Positions 37,571-46,852 of a stretch of DNA of 58,511 nucleotides are shown here, one piece after another; the first letter of the stretch is position 1; the number at the start of each line of letters is the position of its first letter. The stretch is from Phycisphaerae bacterium (GTDB lineage Bacteria > Planctomycetota > Phycisphaerae > UBA1845 > Fen-1342): positions 1-58,511 of the forward strand of contig JASFQK010000042.1 in assembly GCA_050115495.1 (NCBI GenBank). Reading direction: 5' to 3'. The notes under the pieces are model-generated. The model was not told where the DNA came from and did not search any database. It worked only from the letters and a program-made list of their open reading frames with translations. The translations under genes were made by a program, and so were the position numbers.

Positions 37571-38578
37571 CTAGACCTCCACGACGATCTTGCCGAAATG
37601 CCCGCCGGCCTCCATCAGCCGCAGGGCCTCGGGGAAGGCCTCGAACGGGAACGTACGGTGAATCACGGGCCGCACCTGCTGGGCCTCGATGAAGCGGTTC
37701 ATCTCCTCGAACTTCGCCCGCGAGTCGACGAAGATGCCGGCGATGGTCAGCCGCTTCATGAGGATCAGGCCGGTCGTGATCTCGCCCTTGCGGCCGGTCA
37801 GCGCCCCGAGCAGAGCGATCGTCCCGCCGGCTCGCGTCGCCCGTAGCGTCTGGTTCAGCGTGCCCGGCCCGCCGTTCTCGACGGTCAGATCGACCCCGAC
37901 GCCGCCGGTCATGTCGAGCACGGCCTCGGCCCAGTCCGGCCGCGTGCGGTAGTTGATCGTCTCGTCGGCGCACAGATCGCGAGCCCAGGCCAGCTTCTCA
38001 TCGCTGCTGCTGGTAATGATGACCCGCGCCCCCATCTGCTTGGCCAGTTGCAGGGCGAAGATCGACACGCCGCCCGTGCCCAGCGTCAGCACCGTCTGTC
38101 CCGACCCGACGTGCGTCACGGTGCGCAGCGCACTCCACGCCGTCAGCGCCGCAATCGGCAGCGTCGCCGCCTGCGTAAATGTGTACCCCGCCGGCATCGG
38201 CACCACCGCCTCCGCCGGCAGAACGACCTGTTCCGCCGCCAGCCCCGCTCCCGGCGTGCCCAGCGTCGTCTGCACATACTCGCCGCGCACCGGCCCATCG
38301 AGCCAGTCGGCGATGAAGTGCGACGTCACGCGGTCGCCGATCTTCACCCGCTGCACGCCCGCGCCGACCGCGGCCACCACGCCCGCGGCGTCGCTGATCG
38401 GCGTCGCCGGCAGCGTCAGGTTCGGGTTATACAGTCCCTTGATGACCATCAGGTCGCGGTAGTTCAGGCTGAACGCCTTCACGTCGAGCAGCACTTCGCC
38501 CGGACCCGGCGGACCCGCGTCCCCCTCTTCCAGCCGCAGGTGATCCAGGCCGAACGTGTCGAAGCGGTAACGTCGCAC
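37571..38578 (-). CDS. NAD(P)-dependent MDR-family oxidoreductase (alcohol dehydrogenase-like)
   Basis: SLNYRDL, AATLPIAALTAW, LGTGGVS, TSSSDEKL and HFGKIVV. Confidence 0.9.
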   Translation of the reverse strand: MRRYRFDTFGLDHLRLEEGDAGPPGPGEVLLDVKAFSLNYRDLMVIKGLYNPNLTLPATPISDAAGVVAAVGAGVQRVKIGDRVTSHFIADWLDGPVRGEYVQTTLGTPGAGLAAEQVVLPAEAVVPMPAGYTFTQAATLPIAALTAWSALRTVTHVGSGQTVLTLGTGGVSIFALQLAKQMGARVIITSSSDEKLAWARDLCADETINYRTRPDWAEAVLDMTGGVGVDLTVENGGPGTLNQTLRATRAGGTIALLGALTGRKGEITTGLILMKRLTIAGIFVDSRAKFEEMNRFIEAQQVRPVIHRTFPFEAFPEALRLMEAGGHFGKIVVEV

Positions 38579-38658
38579 GGGCAGGCTCCTTCTCCGATGT
38601 GTTCACCGGGCGGCAACCCAGTTTCTCATGATCGGCGACCGATGATACTGTACCGTAA

Positions 38659-40503
38659 ATGTCCGCCGCATGTGCACCATCCGACTGGCCGCTGGCCCGC
38701 ATCCTCGACACCGTGCAGCGCACGTGGGGCTACAACACGCTGCGCCCGCTCCAGGAAGAGGCCATCCGTGCCGGCCTCGATCGCCGCGATTCACTCGTCG
38801 TACTCCCCACCGGCGGCGGAAAGTCGCTCTGCTACCAGGTGCCGCCGCTCATGACCGGCCGCACCGACGTCGTCGTCTCGCCGCTCATCTCGCTCATGCA
38901 CGACCAGGTCGCCGCCCTGCAGGCCTGCGACTATCCGGCGGCGGCCCTGCACAGCGGCCTGCCCATGCCGGCGGTGCGCGACATCGAGGCCCAGATCGCC
39001 GACGGCCGGTATCGCCTCATCTTCGTCGCGCCCGAGCGGCTGCTCCACCAGCACTTGCTCGACCTGCTCGAACGCGTGGACCTGCGGGCCGTCGTCATCG
39101 ACGAGGCCCACTGCATCAGCCACTGGGGCCACGACTTCCGCAAGGAATACCGCCAACTCGCCGTGCTGAAGCAGCGCTTCCCACAGGCCAGCGTCCACGC
39201 CTACACCGCCACGGCCACCGAGCGCGTCCGCGAGGACATCGTCGCCCAGCTTCGCCTCACCAACGCGGCGGTCCTCGTCGGGTACTTCGATCGGCCCAAC
39301 CTCGTCTACCGCGTGCTGCCACGGCTGGACCTCGACGCCCAGGTGCTCGAGGTCCTCAATCGCCACCGCAGCGAGGCGGCCATCGTCTATTGCATCAGTC
39401 GCCGCGACGCCGAGTCCATGGCCGCTCGTCTGCAAGCGGCGGGTCTGCGGGCCGCTTGCTACCACGCCGGCCTGCCCGCCGCCCAGCGTCACCTGACGCA
39501 GGACGCATTCGCCCGGGAGAAGGTCGACATCATCGCCGCCACGGTGGCCTTCGGCATGGGCATCGACCGTAGCGACGTGCGCTGCGTTATCCACGCCGGC
39601 ATGCCGAAGTCGGTCGAGCACTACCAGCAGGAGACCGGCCGCGCCGGACGCGACGGCCTGCCCGCCGAGTGCGTACTCTTCTACTCGGCGGCCGACAGCG
39701 ACAAGTGGACGCACCTCATCCAGCGCAGTGCCGCCGAGGCCGGCGCCCCGCCGGACGTCGCCTCCGCCGCCCTGGAACTGCTCGGGCAGATGCGGGCCTA
39801 TTGCACGGCGCCGATGTGCCGGCACCGCTTCCTCGTCGAGTACTTCGGGCAGACGTACGAGAAGGAGAACTGTGCGGCCTGCGAGCGCTGCCTGAACGAG
39901 GTCGAGACCGACCCGCAGGCGACCGAGCTCGCCCAGAAGATCCTCTCCTGCGTGGCCCGCGTGCAGCAGCGTTTCGGCGTCGGCCACGTCGTGAAGGTGC
40001 TCACCGGCGCCCGCGAGCGGTCGGTTCGCCAGTTCGGCCACGATCAACTGACCACGTACGGCCTGCTCGCCGACCTCGACCGCCAGGTGCTGACCAACCT
40101 CATCCACCAATTGGTCGATCAGGGCGTGCTCGACCGCACGCCCGGCGATCGGCCCATCCTGCGGCTCAACGATCTGTCGTGGCAGGTCCTTCGTGGCGAG
40201 CGCGACGTGCAGCTCGTCCGCCCGCGCGAACGCGCCGTCGTACCGACGCGCGTCGAGCGGCAGTCCTGGGCCGGCGTCAATCAAGCGCTTTTCGAGCGTT
40301 TGCGCGCTCTACGCCGCCAGATCGCGAGCGAACGCGGCCTGCCGGCGTACATGATCTTCAACGACGCCGCCCTCCGCGAAATGGCCCGCCGCCTCCCCCG
40401 CACGCCGGCCGAATTCCTCCTCGTCCCCGGCGTCGGCCAGGCCAAGCTCCGCGACTTCGGCGACCGCTTCCTGACCCACATCCGCGACCACGCGAAACCC
40501 TGA
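38659..40503 (+). CDS. recQ: ATP-dependent DNA helicase RecQ
   Basis: PTGGGKSLCYQ, DEAHCISHWGHDFR, ATVAFGMGID, YQQETGRAGRDG, Zn-binding Cys cluster, RQC and HRDC domains. Confidence 0.97.
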   Translation: MSAACAPSDWPLARILDTVQRTWGYNTLRPLQEEAIRAGLDRRDSLVVLPTGGGKSLCYQVPPLMTGRTDVVVSPLISLMHDQVAALQACDYPAAALHSGLPMPAVRDIEAQIADGRYRLIFVAPERLLHQHLLDLLERVDLRAVVIDEAHCISHWGHDFRKEYRQLAVLKQRFPQASVHAYTATATERVREDIVAQLRLTNAAVLVGYFDRPNLVYRVLPRLDLDAQVLEVLNRHRSEAAIVYCISRRDAESMAARLQAAGLRAACYHAGLPAAQRHLTQDAFAREKVDIIAATVAFGMGIDRSDVRCVIHAGMPKSVEHYQQETGRAGRDGLPAECVLFYSAADSDKWTHLIQRSAAEAGAPPDVASAALELLGQMRAYCTAPMCRHRFLVEYFGQTYEKENCAACERCLNEVETDPQATELAQKILSCVARVQQRFGVGHVVKVLTGARERSVRQFGHDQLTTYGLLADLDRQVLTNLIHQLVDQGVLDRTPGDRPILRLNDLSWQVLRGERDVQLVRPRERAVVPTRVERQSWAGVNQALFERLRALRRQIASERGLPAYMIFNDAALREMARRLPRTPAEFLLVPGVGQAKLRDFGDRFLTHIRDHAKP

Positions 40504-40627
40504 CCGTCCGCTCCGCATCTTGCAGAGTGGACTCCATCGGCGGCCACCAGCAGGCGCTCGTGGTTTGCCTTGCGTTCTGCGGGATTACCGGAGTGACGGT
40601 GCTCGGCGCGGTCGTGGGACGCGAGGA

Positions 40628-40957
40628 TCAAGTCAATTCGGAGAGAATACGAATCGCTTTGGCTCTGGTCTGCTCGTCGGCACCGTTCCAAAAATCAAGC
40701 AGGCGGGCATCGAGTTGGGAAACGCGTTCGCGTAACACCTTCGGATCAAAAATGAATAGTTCGACCGGGTCGCAGCCGAGGCCTTCGGCTAAGCGCCCGA
40801 TCGTATCGAGCGTCGGATTTCCCTCACCGCGTTCGATCTCGCCCACTCGTTGACCTACCATGCCACCGCCACAACGCTCGGCCAACGCGGTTTGCGACAG
40901 CCCGGCGCGCTTGCGCAGTTGTAAGAGTCGTTCGCCAAAGACTTTCGGGATGTTCAT
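40628..40957 (-). CDS. XRE-family HTH regulator (CI-like)
   Basis: FGERLLQLRKRAGLSQTALAE...IERGEGNPTLDTIGRLAEGLG. Confidence 0.88.
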   Translation of the reverse strand: MNIPKVFGERLLQLRKRAGLSQTALAERCGGGMVGQRVGEIERGEGNPTLDTIGRLAEGLGCDPVELFIFDPKVLRERVSQLDARLLDFWNGADEQTRAKAIRILSELT

Positions 40958-41023
40958 GTCATCACCGAGCGGATGCCCGCATTCGTTCGTGCGCGTCGAA
41001 GAAAGCATGGTAAACCGTGTGAA

Positions 41024-41095
41024 TGTTTCGCGATACACGCCTTGACGTGCTACCTAGGCCATGATACACTGCAAAGAGAGCAAATCGTGATACAT
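41024..41095 (+). promoter_or_regulatory. Strong sigma70-like promoter with three GATACA-containing operator-like sites
   Basis: TTGACG(41042)-N17-TACACT(41065) with a TGn extension; TGTTTCGCGATACA (41024), CCATGATACA and ATCGTGATACA. Confidence 0.55.
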
Positions 41096-41128
41096 GGCAC
41101 TGTCTGCCGTCTCGCCGCACGGCCCGCC

Positions 41129-41392
41129 CTACTTCCTCTGCGTGTGTTTCGCCTTCGACTTGGGCTTGGGCGATCCCTCGATTAGTTCAAGCAGGTCGCC
41201 GGGTGTAGTATCCAGGGCGATGCAGAGTTTCTCTATTAACTCCAGTGTCGCGTTGTAGTCATCACGGCTGCCGATCGTATGAAGCGTTTGCTTAGCGATG
41301 CCACTTCGCTGCGCGAGCTTCTCATATGTTAATCGTTCGCCGCTACGGCGACGGTACGCTTCCATTGCTTCTCGCAGCTTGATCGCGATCAT
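41129..41392 (-). CDS. Cro/C1-type HTH regulator (HTH_26-like)
   Basis: LTYEKLAQRSGIAKQTL...TLELIEKLCIALDTTPGDLLE; divergent from module copy 2. Confidence 0.88.
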   Translation of the reverse strand: MIAIKLREAMEAYRRRSGERLTYEKLAQRSGIAKQTLHTIGSRDDYNATLELIEKLCIALDTTPGDLLELIEGSPKPKSKAKHTQRK

Positions 41393-41440
41393 AACCTATA
41401 TTCGCGGAAGTAAAAAATGTCTACTTGATATACTTTTGTC

Positions 41441-41468
41441 TTGACAACGACGGAACGCAAGGTATTTT
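41441..41468 (+). promoter_or_regulatory. Sigma70-like promoter for module copy 2
   Basis: TTGACA(41441)-N16-TATTTT(41463) with an AT-rich upstream segment. Confidence 0.55.
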
Positions 41469-41543
41469 ATCCGATGAGGCACATAGCGCCCACCTGTCGA
41501 CACTTACCGGCGTCCCCGATGGACGCCAGTGAATAGAGTAGTC

Positions 41544-41820
41544 TGTCTTGGCAGTCAAACCGCCAAGCCAACGACGCGTTTAGTCAATCCTTGCAGCGTA
41601 CGTTGGCCCTTCAACCATGCCAAGGCACGCCTCGCCCGGGACAGTGTCCATGCTTATCATGCGGGCGCTGCCCGGTGCGCGGGGTCGTGTGGTTGGACCT
41701 GGCGGTTTGGCCGCGGCTCTTAGCGCATCGGGTGGCGCCCGTTTCCTTTTGGTGCCATCCGCTTTCGACGTTCCGCCGTCTCTAACGGCGTCGCCACCCG
41801 TGCGCGCGGATGTAGGGCGG
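41544..41820 (+). ncRNA. Conserved structured leader RNA, copy 2 (antisense-like domain 41544-41627; long hairpin 41662-41741; U-tract 41742-41750)
   Basis: Homologous to 842-1116 (minus). Closing stem TGTCTTGGCA/TGCCAAGGCA and apical stem GCCAACG/CGTTGGC (CACAACG/CGTTGTG in copy 1). Confidence 0.75.
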
Positions 41821-41874
41821 GTAGGCCACGCCCGTCGGACGGACTACAGCCTCTTTCCGACAACGGAGAGGACG

Positions 41875-42471
41875 ATGCTGCAGCCCATCATCACGCACGA
41901 GGACGATCGGACGGCGTACATCGGCGACCAGGTCCGCTTCACCGATCGACTCACCGACGTCTTCCGCTGCCGCATGCAGCAGCTCGAAGACATTCACCGC
42001 TGGCTCGCCGGCTACTTCCAGGCCGTCGGCATCCTGCTCCAAATCCCCGGCGCCGCCGACTACCACCACCAGGACTACGCCAGCGACGACGACCTCTGGG
42101 ATCTCATCTGGAACCCCGACCCCGACAGCACGCTCAACGTTCTCGCCGCCACGCTCGAACGCCTCGACGCTGACGAACTCCTGGCACAGGTTCCCGGCGG
42201 CGACGGCTTCAAACGCCGCCCGCTGCCGGTCGAGGCCCGCGTTCACCTCGCTGAACGCGACCGCCTGGGTCTGCTCAACGTCGTCGCCGATTGTCTGGAC
42301 CGCCTGTTGGTCGCGCCGCATATCCCCGGCGAAGCGGAAGCCCGCGGCCTGACGACCGAGGACGACCCGCAGCCCACAGACCGAACCAAGCCCGCCCAAT
42401 CCCGCGCACCACGCCGGACGCGTCCTGCTCGCCAAAGCGACGTCCGTCGCAGCAAAGGACAAATACGATGA
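41875..42471 (+). CDS. Module gene A, copy 2: hypothetical protein, paralog of 161..706
   Basis: GGAGAGGA RBS; shares motif blocks with copy 1; ATGA overlap with gene B. Confidence 0.8.
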   Translation: MLQPIITHEDDRTAYIGDQVRFTDRLTDVFRCRMQQLEDIHRWLAGYFQAVGILLQIPGAADYHHQDYASDDDLWDLIWNPDPDSTLNVLAATLERLDADELLAQVPGGDGFKRRPLPVEARVHLAERDRLGLLNVVADCLDRLLVAPHIPGEAEARGLTTEDDPQPTDRTKPAQSRAPRRTRPARQSDVRRSKGQIR

Positions 42472-43166
42472 CAACCAGTCGCAACGACGAAAACAACGTA
42501 GGGCGAGCCGTGCCCGCCAGTGGTAGCACGCCGGAAACGCCCCAAGCCGCGAGCATGGCCCGCCCTGCACAGACCGACACACGCCCCTTCACCCTGACGG
42601 CGTTGCTCCACGACCTCCAGCCGCACCCCGAACTCGACCTGCGAACGATGGCCTACCATCTCCACCAATCCGACGCCACCGCCGCCGACGGCTACGGACA
42701 CGCCGCCATCAACGAGGCCCGTTCCGCTCTCGAAGCCCTCATCGTCAGCATCGCCTGCACCGTCCGCCACGACGTGACCGATAGCACCAGTCTTAGCCTC
42801 CGCGAGCGCATCCAGAGCGGCAACACGTTTCGCACGCACCGCCGCTGCTTGATGGACGCTGGCTTCATCGACATCGACGAAAACGATCTCCTGCAATACG
42901 TCTACAGCATGGCCAGCGCCAGGGGCAGCCATTACGGCGTAACGGACGACGCCTGGACCCGCTTAGCTCGGCGAATCGTCTTCCTCGTCGGCCAGCACTT
43001 CACGCAGCGTTACACGATCTGGAAGCGAAACGGCCGCCAACCGCCACCACACCCCGCCAATCACCCCCAGCCAGCGCCACGCTCCTGGCTCCTGCGCCTC
43101 CTCGCCACCATCCTGCCCCGGCAAGGAGATACCCCGACTTCCCCCGCCTCTGCCAGGAAACCGTAG
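42468..43166 (+). CDS. Module gene B, copy 2: putative HEPN/Abi_C-like protein
   Basis: AAINEARSALEALIVSI helix and YSMASARGSHYG (degenerate Rx4H). The start is supported by the RBS context conserved with copy 1. Confidence 0.7.
   Translation: MTTSRNDENNVGRAVPASGSTPETPQAASMARPAQTDTRPFTLTALLHDLQPHPELDLRTMAYHLHQSDATAADGYGHAAINEARSALEALIVSIACTVRHDVTDSTSLSLRERIQSGNTFRTHRRCLMDAGFIDIDENDLLQYVYSMASARGSHYGVTDDAWTRLARRIVFLVGQHFTQRYTIWKRNGRQPPPHPANHPQPAPRSWLLRLLATILPRQGDTPTSPASARKP
42498..42568. repeat. Inverted REP doublet inside the 5' end of gene B
   Basis: GTAGGGCGAGCCGTGCCCGCC (42498) and inverted GCAGGGCGGGCCATGCTCGC (ending 42568). Same family as 129-149, 783-850, 1512-1576, 41812, 43182 and 51638. 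Confidence 0.7.
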
Positions 43167-43540
43167 TTCCCCCCCGAATGCGCAGGGCGGGCCGTATCCC
43201 CAACCCGCCAATGCCCGCCCCCATTTCATCCAACTTCCAACAGAACCCACCGGAACGCGCCAATTCCTGTCAATCATCCCCGCCCTTTACTCGCCGCCGA
43301 CGCCTCGTCGACTGTGGCGACAGTCCGATCATGATTTCCGCCACCCCGAGCGCCTCGGCCGCCCCTCAGCATTGTACGGCCGCCTTCGCCGGCAGCGTTC
43401 CCCGGTGGCCGACATTCATCCACGTTCTCCTTTCTCGCACAGCGCCGCTCTTGATCCTCTGACATGGTGCGCGAATCCACCCGCCGCGGCGGCGGCGGCC
43501 GTTGTCGGCCGCCGCCGCTCGCTCGCCTTCCCATGGTCGC

Positions 43541-46500
43541 CTACTTTTCTGCGTCCGCCCTCCGGCGCAGGACGCCCTCCGGCCCGAGCCCGGGCATGGG
43601 AGACTCGGGACGCTCGCCGTCGGCGAAGGCCTGCACATCCAGCGCGTCCACGACCCCGTCGTTCGTCAGGTCCGCCACCGCCAGGTGCGGCAGGCCCAGC
43701 GCTCGGAGCTCGGCGACTGTGATCGAGCAGCGCGGCTCCGCCGCCGGGGGCAGTTCGCAGCAGGCCGCATCGCCGACCATGAAGTAATTCGCATCAATGA
43801 AGGCGTAGTCCTCCAGATCCACGTATCCGCTGGCATCCATATCCGCGTGTGGGAACGAGACGCCGCACGGCGTGTCCGGGTCGCCAGACCAGTCCCACTC
43901 GGCGACGAACACGCCGAAGTCCAGAATGTCCACGATGTTGTCGTTGTACAGGTCCGCCTGGAAAAGCACGCTGGCCGGAGCGGTGAGTTCGACGGCGTAC
44001 TGCGTGCCCGCGATCGTCGGCTCCGCCTGGACCCTCAGCGTGTGCAGGTCATCCTCGCCGCTCACGCAATCGTAGCCGGTCGGCGAGCAGGGCAGGTCGG
44101 TGAGCAGTATGCTCGCCACACTGTTGCCAGCGGCGTTGGCCGGGAACGTCACGTTCGTCTCCAGTTCAGCCATCGGCCCATGCTGCACGCAGCCGTAGAA
44201 GCGGAACGTGAAGCAGCGCACCACCGTATTCTGGACCGGACCCTGCAACTCGATCGTGATGTTCACGTCGTTGTACGGCAGCACGGTGACGGACTGCTCG
44301 GCGAACGCGACGTTGTCGCACTCATCGATGGCCACCCACAAGATCATGGTCGTGCCCGCCGGATATGGATCGGTCAGCGCCAGGCCGTCGTTGCGCGAGC
44401 ACTCAATCTCGACCGGCCCGCCGCAGTTGTCGACGCCGGTCGCCGTGCCGGGGTCGATCATCGCGGAACACCCGCCGGCGTCGGCGTTCACCGTGATGCC
44501 CGGCGGAGGCGTGAGCACCGGCGGCGTGCTGTCCAGCGTGACCGTGGGCAGGTCCACGAGCTGATCGACGTAGTACGCCGTGCCGCTCGACGTGGTCAGG
44601 CGGGTCTCGAACGGCGGTAGCGGTCGGAAGCTCAGCAGGGCCTCTGCGTTGCAGATCTCGGCCGTCGCGGTAAAGTGCAGGACGGCCAATCGGTGAGAGC
44701 CCGTAGCGCTGTCGTTGAAATCCGACACACCCACGCTGTATTCGATCAACCCCTCTTCCGGCGTACACTGCGGGTTGGTCTGCTCCTGCGTGCTGCACTC
44801 GTGGACCTGACGCGTGAAGGGCTCATCACCCGGCGTAATCGCCGCCGCCCCCGCGTGCGCCGTGCTGCCCAGTACGAACTCCGCGTCGTATTGCAGCAGG
44901 AACTGCCCGCCGACGATGTCCTCCGGCACATCGCGCATCCACACCTCGATCGTGACCTCGTCGCCGATCTGATAGCAGGTTTGGTCCGGTTCGAGCGCAA
45001 GTTTCGATGGCGGCGGCGCTGCCGCCAGTGCCATACGGTAGACCCATCCGTTGTCCGACGCGTCGCGAAACGTGCCGATGTACAGCGTGTCGTCGTGGAC
45101 GTGAAACGCGCTGGCAACGGGATCTTCCAGCTCGACCACCCGCTCCCAAGTCACCCCGAGGTCGTTGGAGCGGTAGATGCCACGCGACGGGTCGCCCGCC
45201 TGCTGGCCGTAGGCATATATGTACCCGCCGTGCACCACAGGTTTCGGCGCATACCTACTGAGCGGATAAGACGCGACCGTCGTCCATTCCGCTATGGCAT
45301 CGTCCCAACGGTACACATATCGGTTGCTTGGGGGCTGGCACTCCTCCGTGAACGCAAGGAGGCTATCGCCCACAGCCAGAAGCCAGTTGGCGCCGTCGCA
45401 CGACGGTATGCCGACAGTCGGGGTGTAACTGACTCCGTCGTCAGAGACGTACACGGCCGTGGTCCCCTCACAGCCCCAACAGGGAATCAGTCCTAGACCC
45501 ACGAACAACCGCCCCTGATAGACCGTGAGGCAGTCAACGACCGTGCGGGGACGCGGAAAGCTGTGGATGTGCTCCCAGTCGTTTGGGCCACCCCCGCCAA
45601 GCCAACGGTAAATCTCGGCAGGGTGGGGGTCATAGCCGGTTCCTGCATACACGCTGCCCTGAAACTCTACGAACGAGAACGTAGAGTTTGGTGGATGGGT
45701 ACTATGCGTGGCGGGTCGCCAGGTCTCGCCGCCGTCAAAGGACACGTACGGCAGCTTCGCAAGGCACCAGCCGCCGCCGGTGAACAACGTGCCATCAGAA
45801 GCTTCGAAAACCGAAGCCCGTACACACTGAATAAGCGAAAGAGATTGCTTGAGCACCGCACTGATGGCCTTACCCGTCTCCGGGTCGAGCGTCACCTTCC
45901 ATGCCGACGCGGGCGTGCCCCCACCGCAGTGCGCCCCCACATTCTGCGTTACGAGGACGATCTCGTTCGGTTGCGCGTCACGCACCTGAAGGGCATCCAC
46001 GAAGTCGACCGTGACGCCGCCCGTCGGCGGGAGCTCGGCCAGCAGCTCAAGCTGAAACGGGACCGGCGCCTCTGTGAACCGGTCCGAAAAGTCCCACTTG
46101 CCGTAGTCCCACACCTTTATGTTGTCAATCACGAACGCCGGCGTGCCGTCGTCGAAACCTTCTCCTTTGCCGATCGTGTGCCGATTACCCACGTCCGGCG
46201 TGTCGCCCCACGCATTGCTTGTGTTGGCGCCACAGACAACGCCGTCGATATATACCCGTACACACTCGCCGGAGCCGCCGATGCCGACCTTGTCCCACAC
46301 GATAGCGAGATGATGCCACTCACCCGGGTGGAAGATGCCGTCCACATCCGGAATCTGAACCTGTACCAGCGAGCCGAAGTTCACCTCCGCGTACAGCGTG
46401 TAAAGCGTTCCCGTGGCGCCATCGCCGATCCAGTAGTGCACGTGTCCACCGAGCGTTGGGTCGTAGCCTTCTTAATACACACCATCCAGCATGCTGAAGA

Positions 46501-46852
46501 TGCCGTAATGGTAAGCCCACACGATCGGATCACGCGGATACATAATCCACGCCTCGACCGCGCCGGCCTGCGGGCTCAACTGCAGCCCATCCTCCGGAAT
46601 GAGGATACGATTGGAGACGTACGAGTGGCCGACTGGGGCGTAGGCGTCTCCGAAGTACCCGGGAACGAAATTCACGGCGCCGTCGATGATCGGCGGAGTA
46701 CCGACCGGGGGGTTGAGCACCTCATCCACGCTGCCCAGCTTGTTCCACCACAACAGGTGCTCAACTGTCTGCCCCATCAACGGCAGGCCCGCTCCCGAGA
46801 CGCCGAACAGCGCCACCAGCGCGAGACGGCGTTTAGCGAGGTGCGTCCACAT
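43541..46852 (-). pseudogene. Large secreted multidomain protein (LamG-like, beta-propeller, cohesin-like, HYR, dockerin-like) interrupted by an in-frame TAA at 46472-46474
   Basis: ORFs 46472..46852 and 43541..46441 are in the same frame (...LDGVY*EGYDPTLGGHVHYW...). Signal peptide after GGAG-ATG 46852; WHHLAIVWD, DSTPPVLT and three DxxxDxxVDxxD repeats. Confidence 0.75.

Noticed and set aside
41544..41820. Leader as retron msr-msd, CRISPR/tracr RNA or IS110 bridge RNA
   Set aside because: No reverse transcriptase, Cas protein or DEDD recombinase in the window and no repeat-spacer array; the predicted target lies in cis in the same transcript.
41617..41874. Conserved N-terminal protein domain (LIMRALPGARG...SASGGARFLLVPSAFDV) of gene A
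   Set aside because: Differences between copies are mostly non-synonymous while rare codons are invariant, which points to nucleotide-level constraint. Good RBSs exist at 706 and 41875.
1..43166. The two inverted module copies as ends of one 43-kb composite mobile element or prophage
   Set aside because: The interior is housekeeping (pyrH, purM, pst, recQ), the copies are strongly diverged, and no integrase, transposase, att site or phage structural gene is visible.
46472..46474. Selenocysteine/pyrrolysine recoding or DGR-generated stop
   Set aside because: The codon is TAA, and no template repeat or reverse transcriptase is seen.
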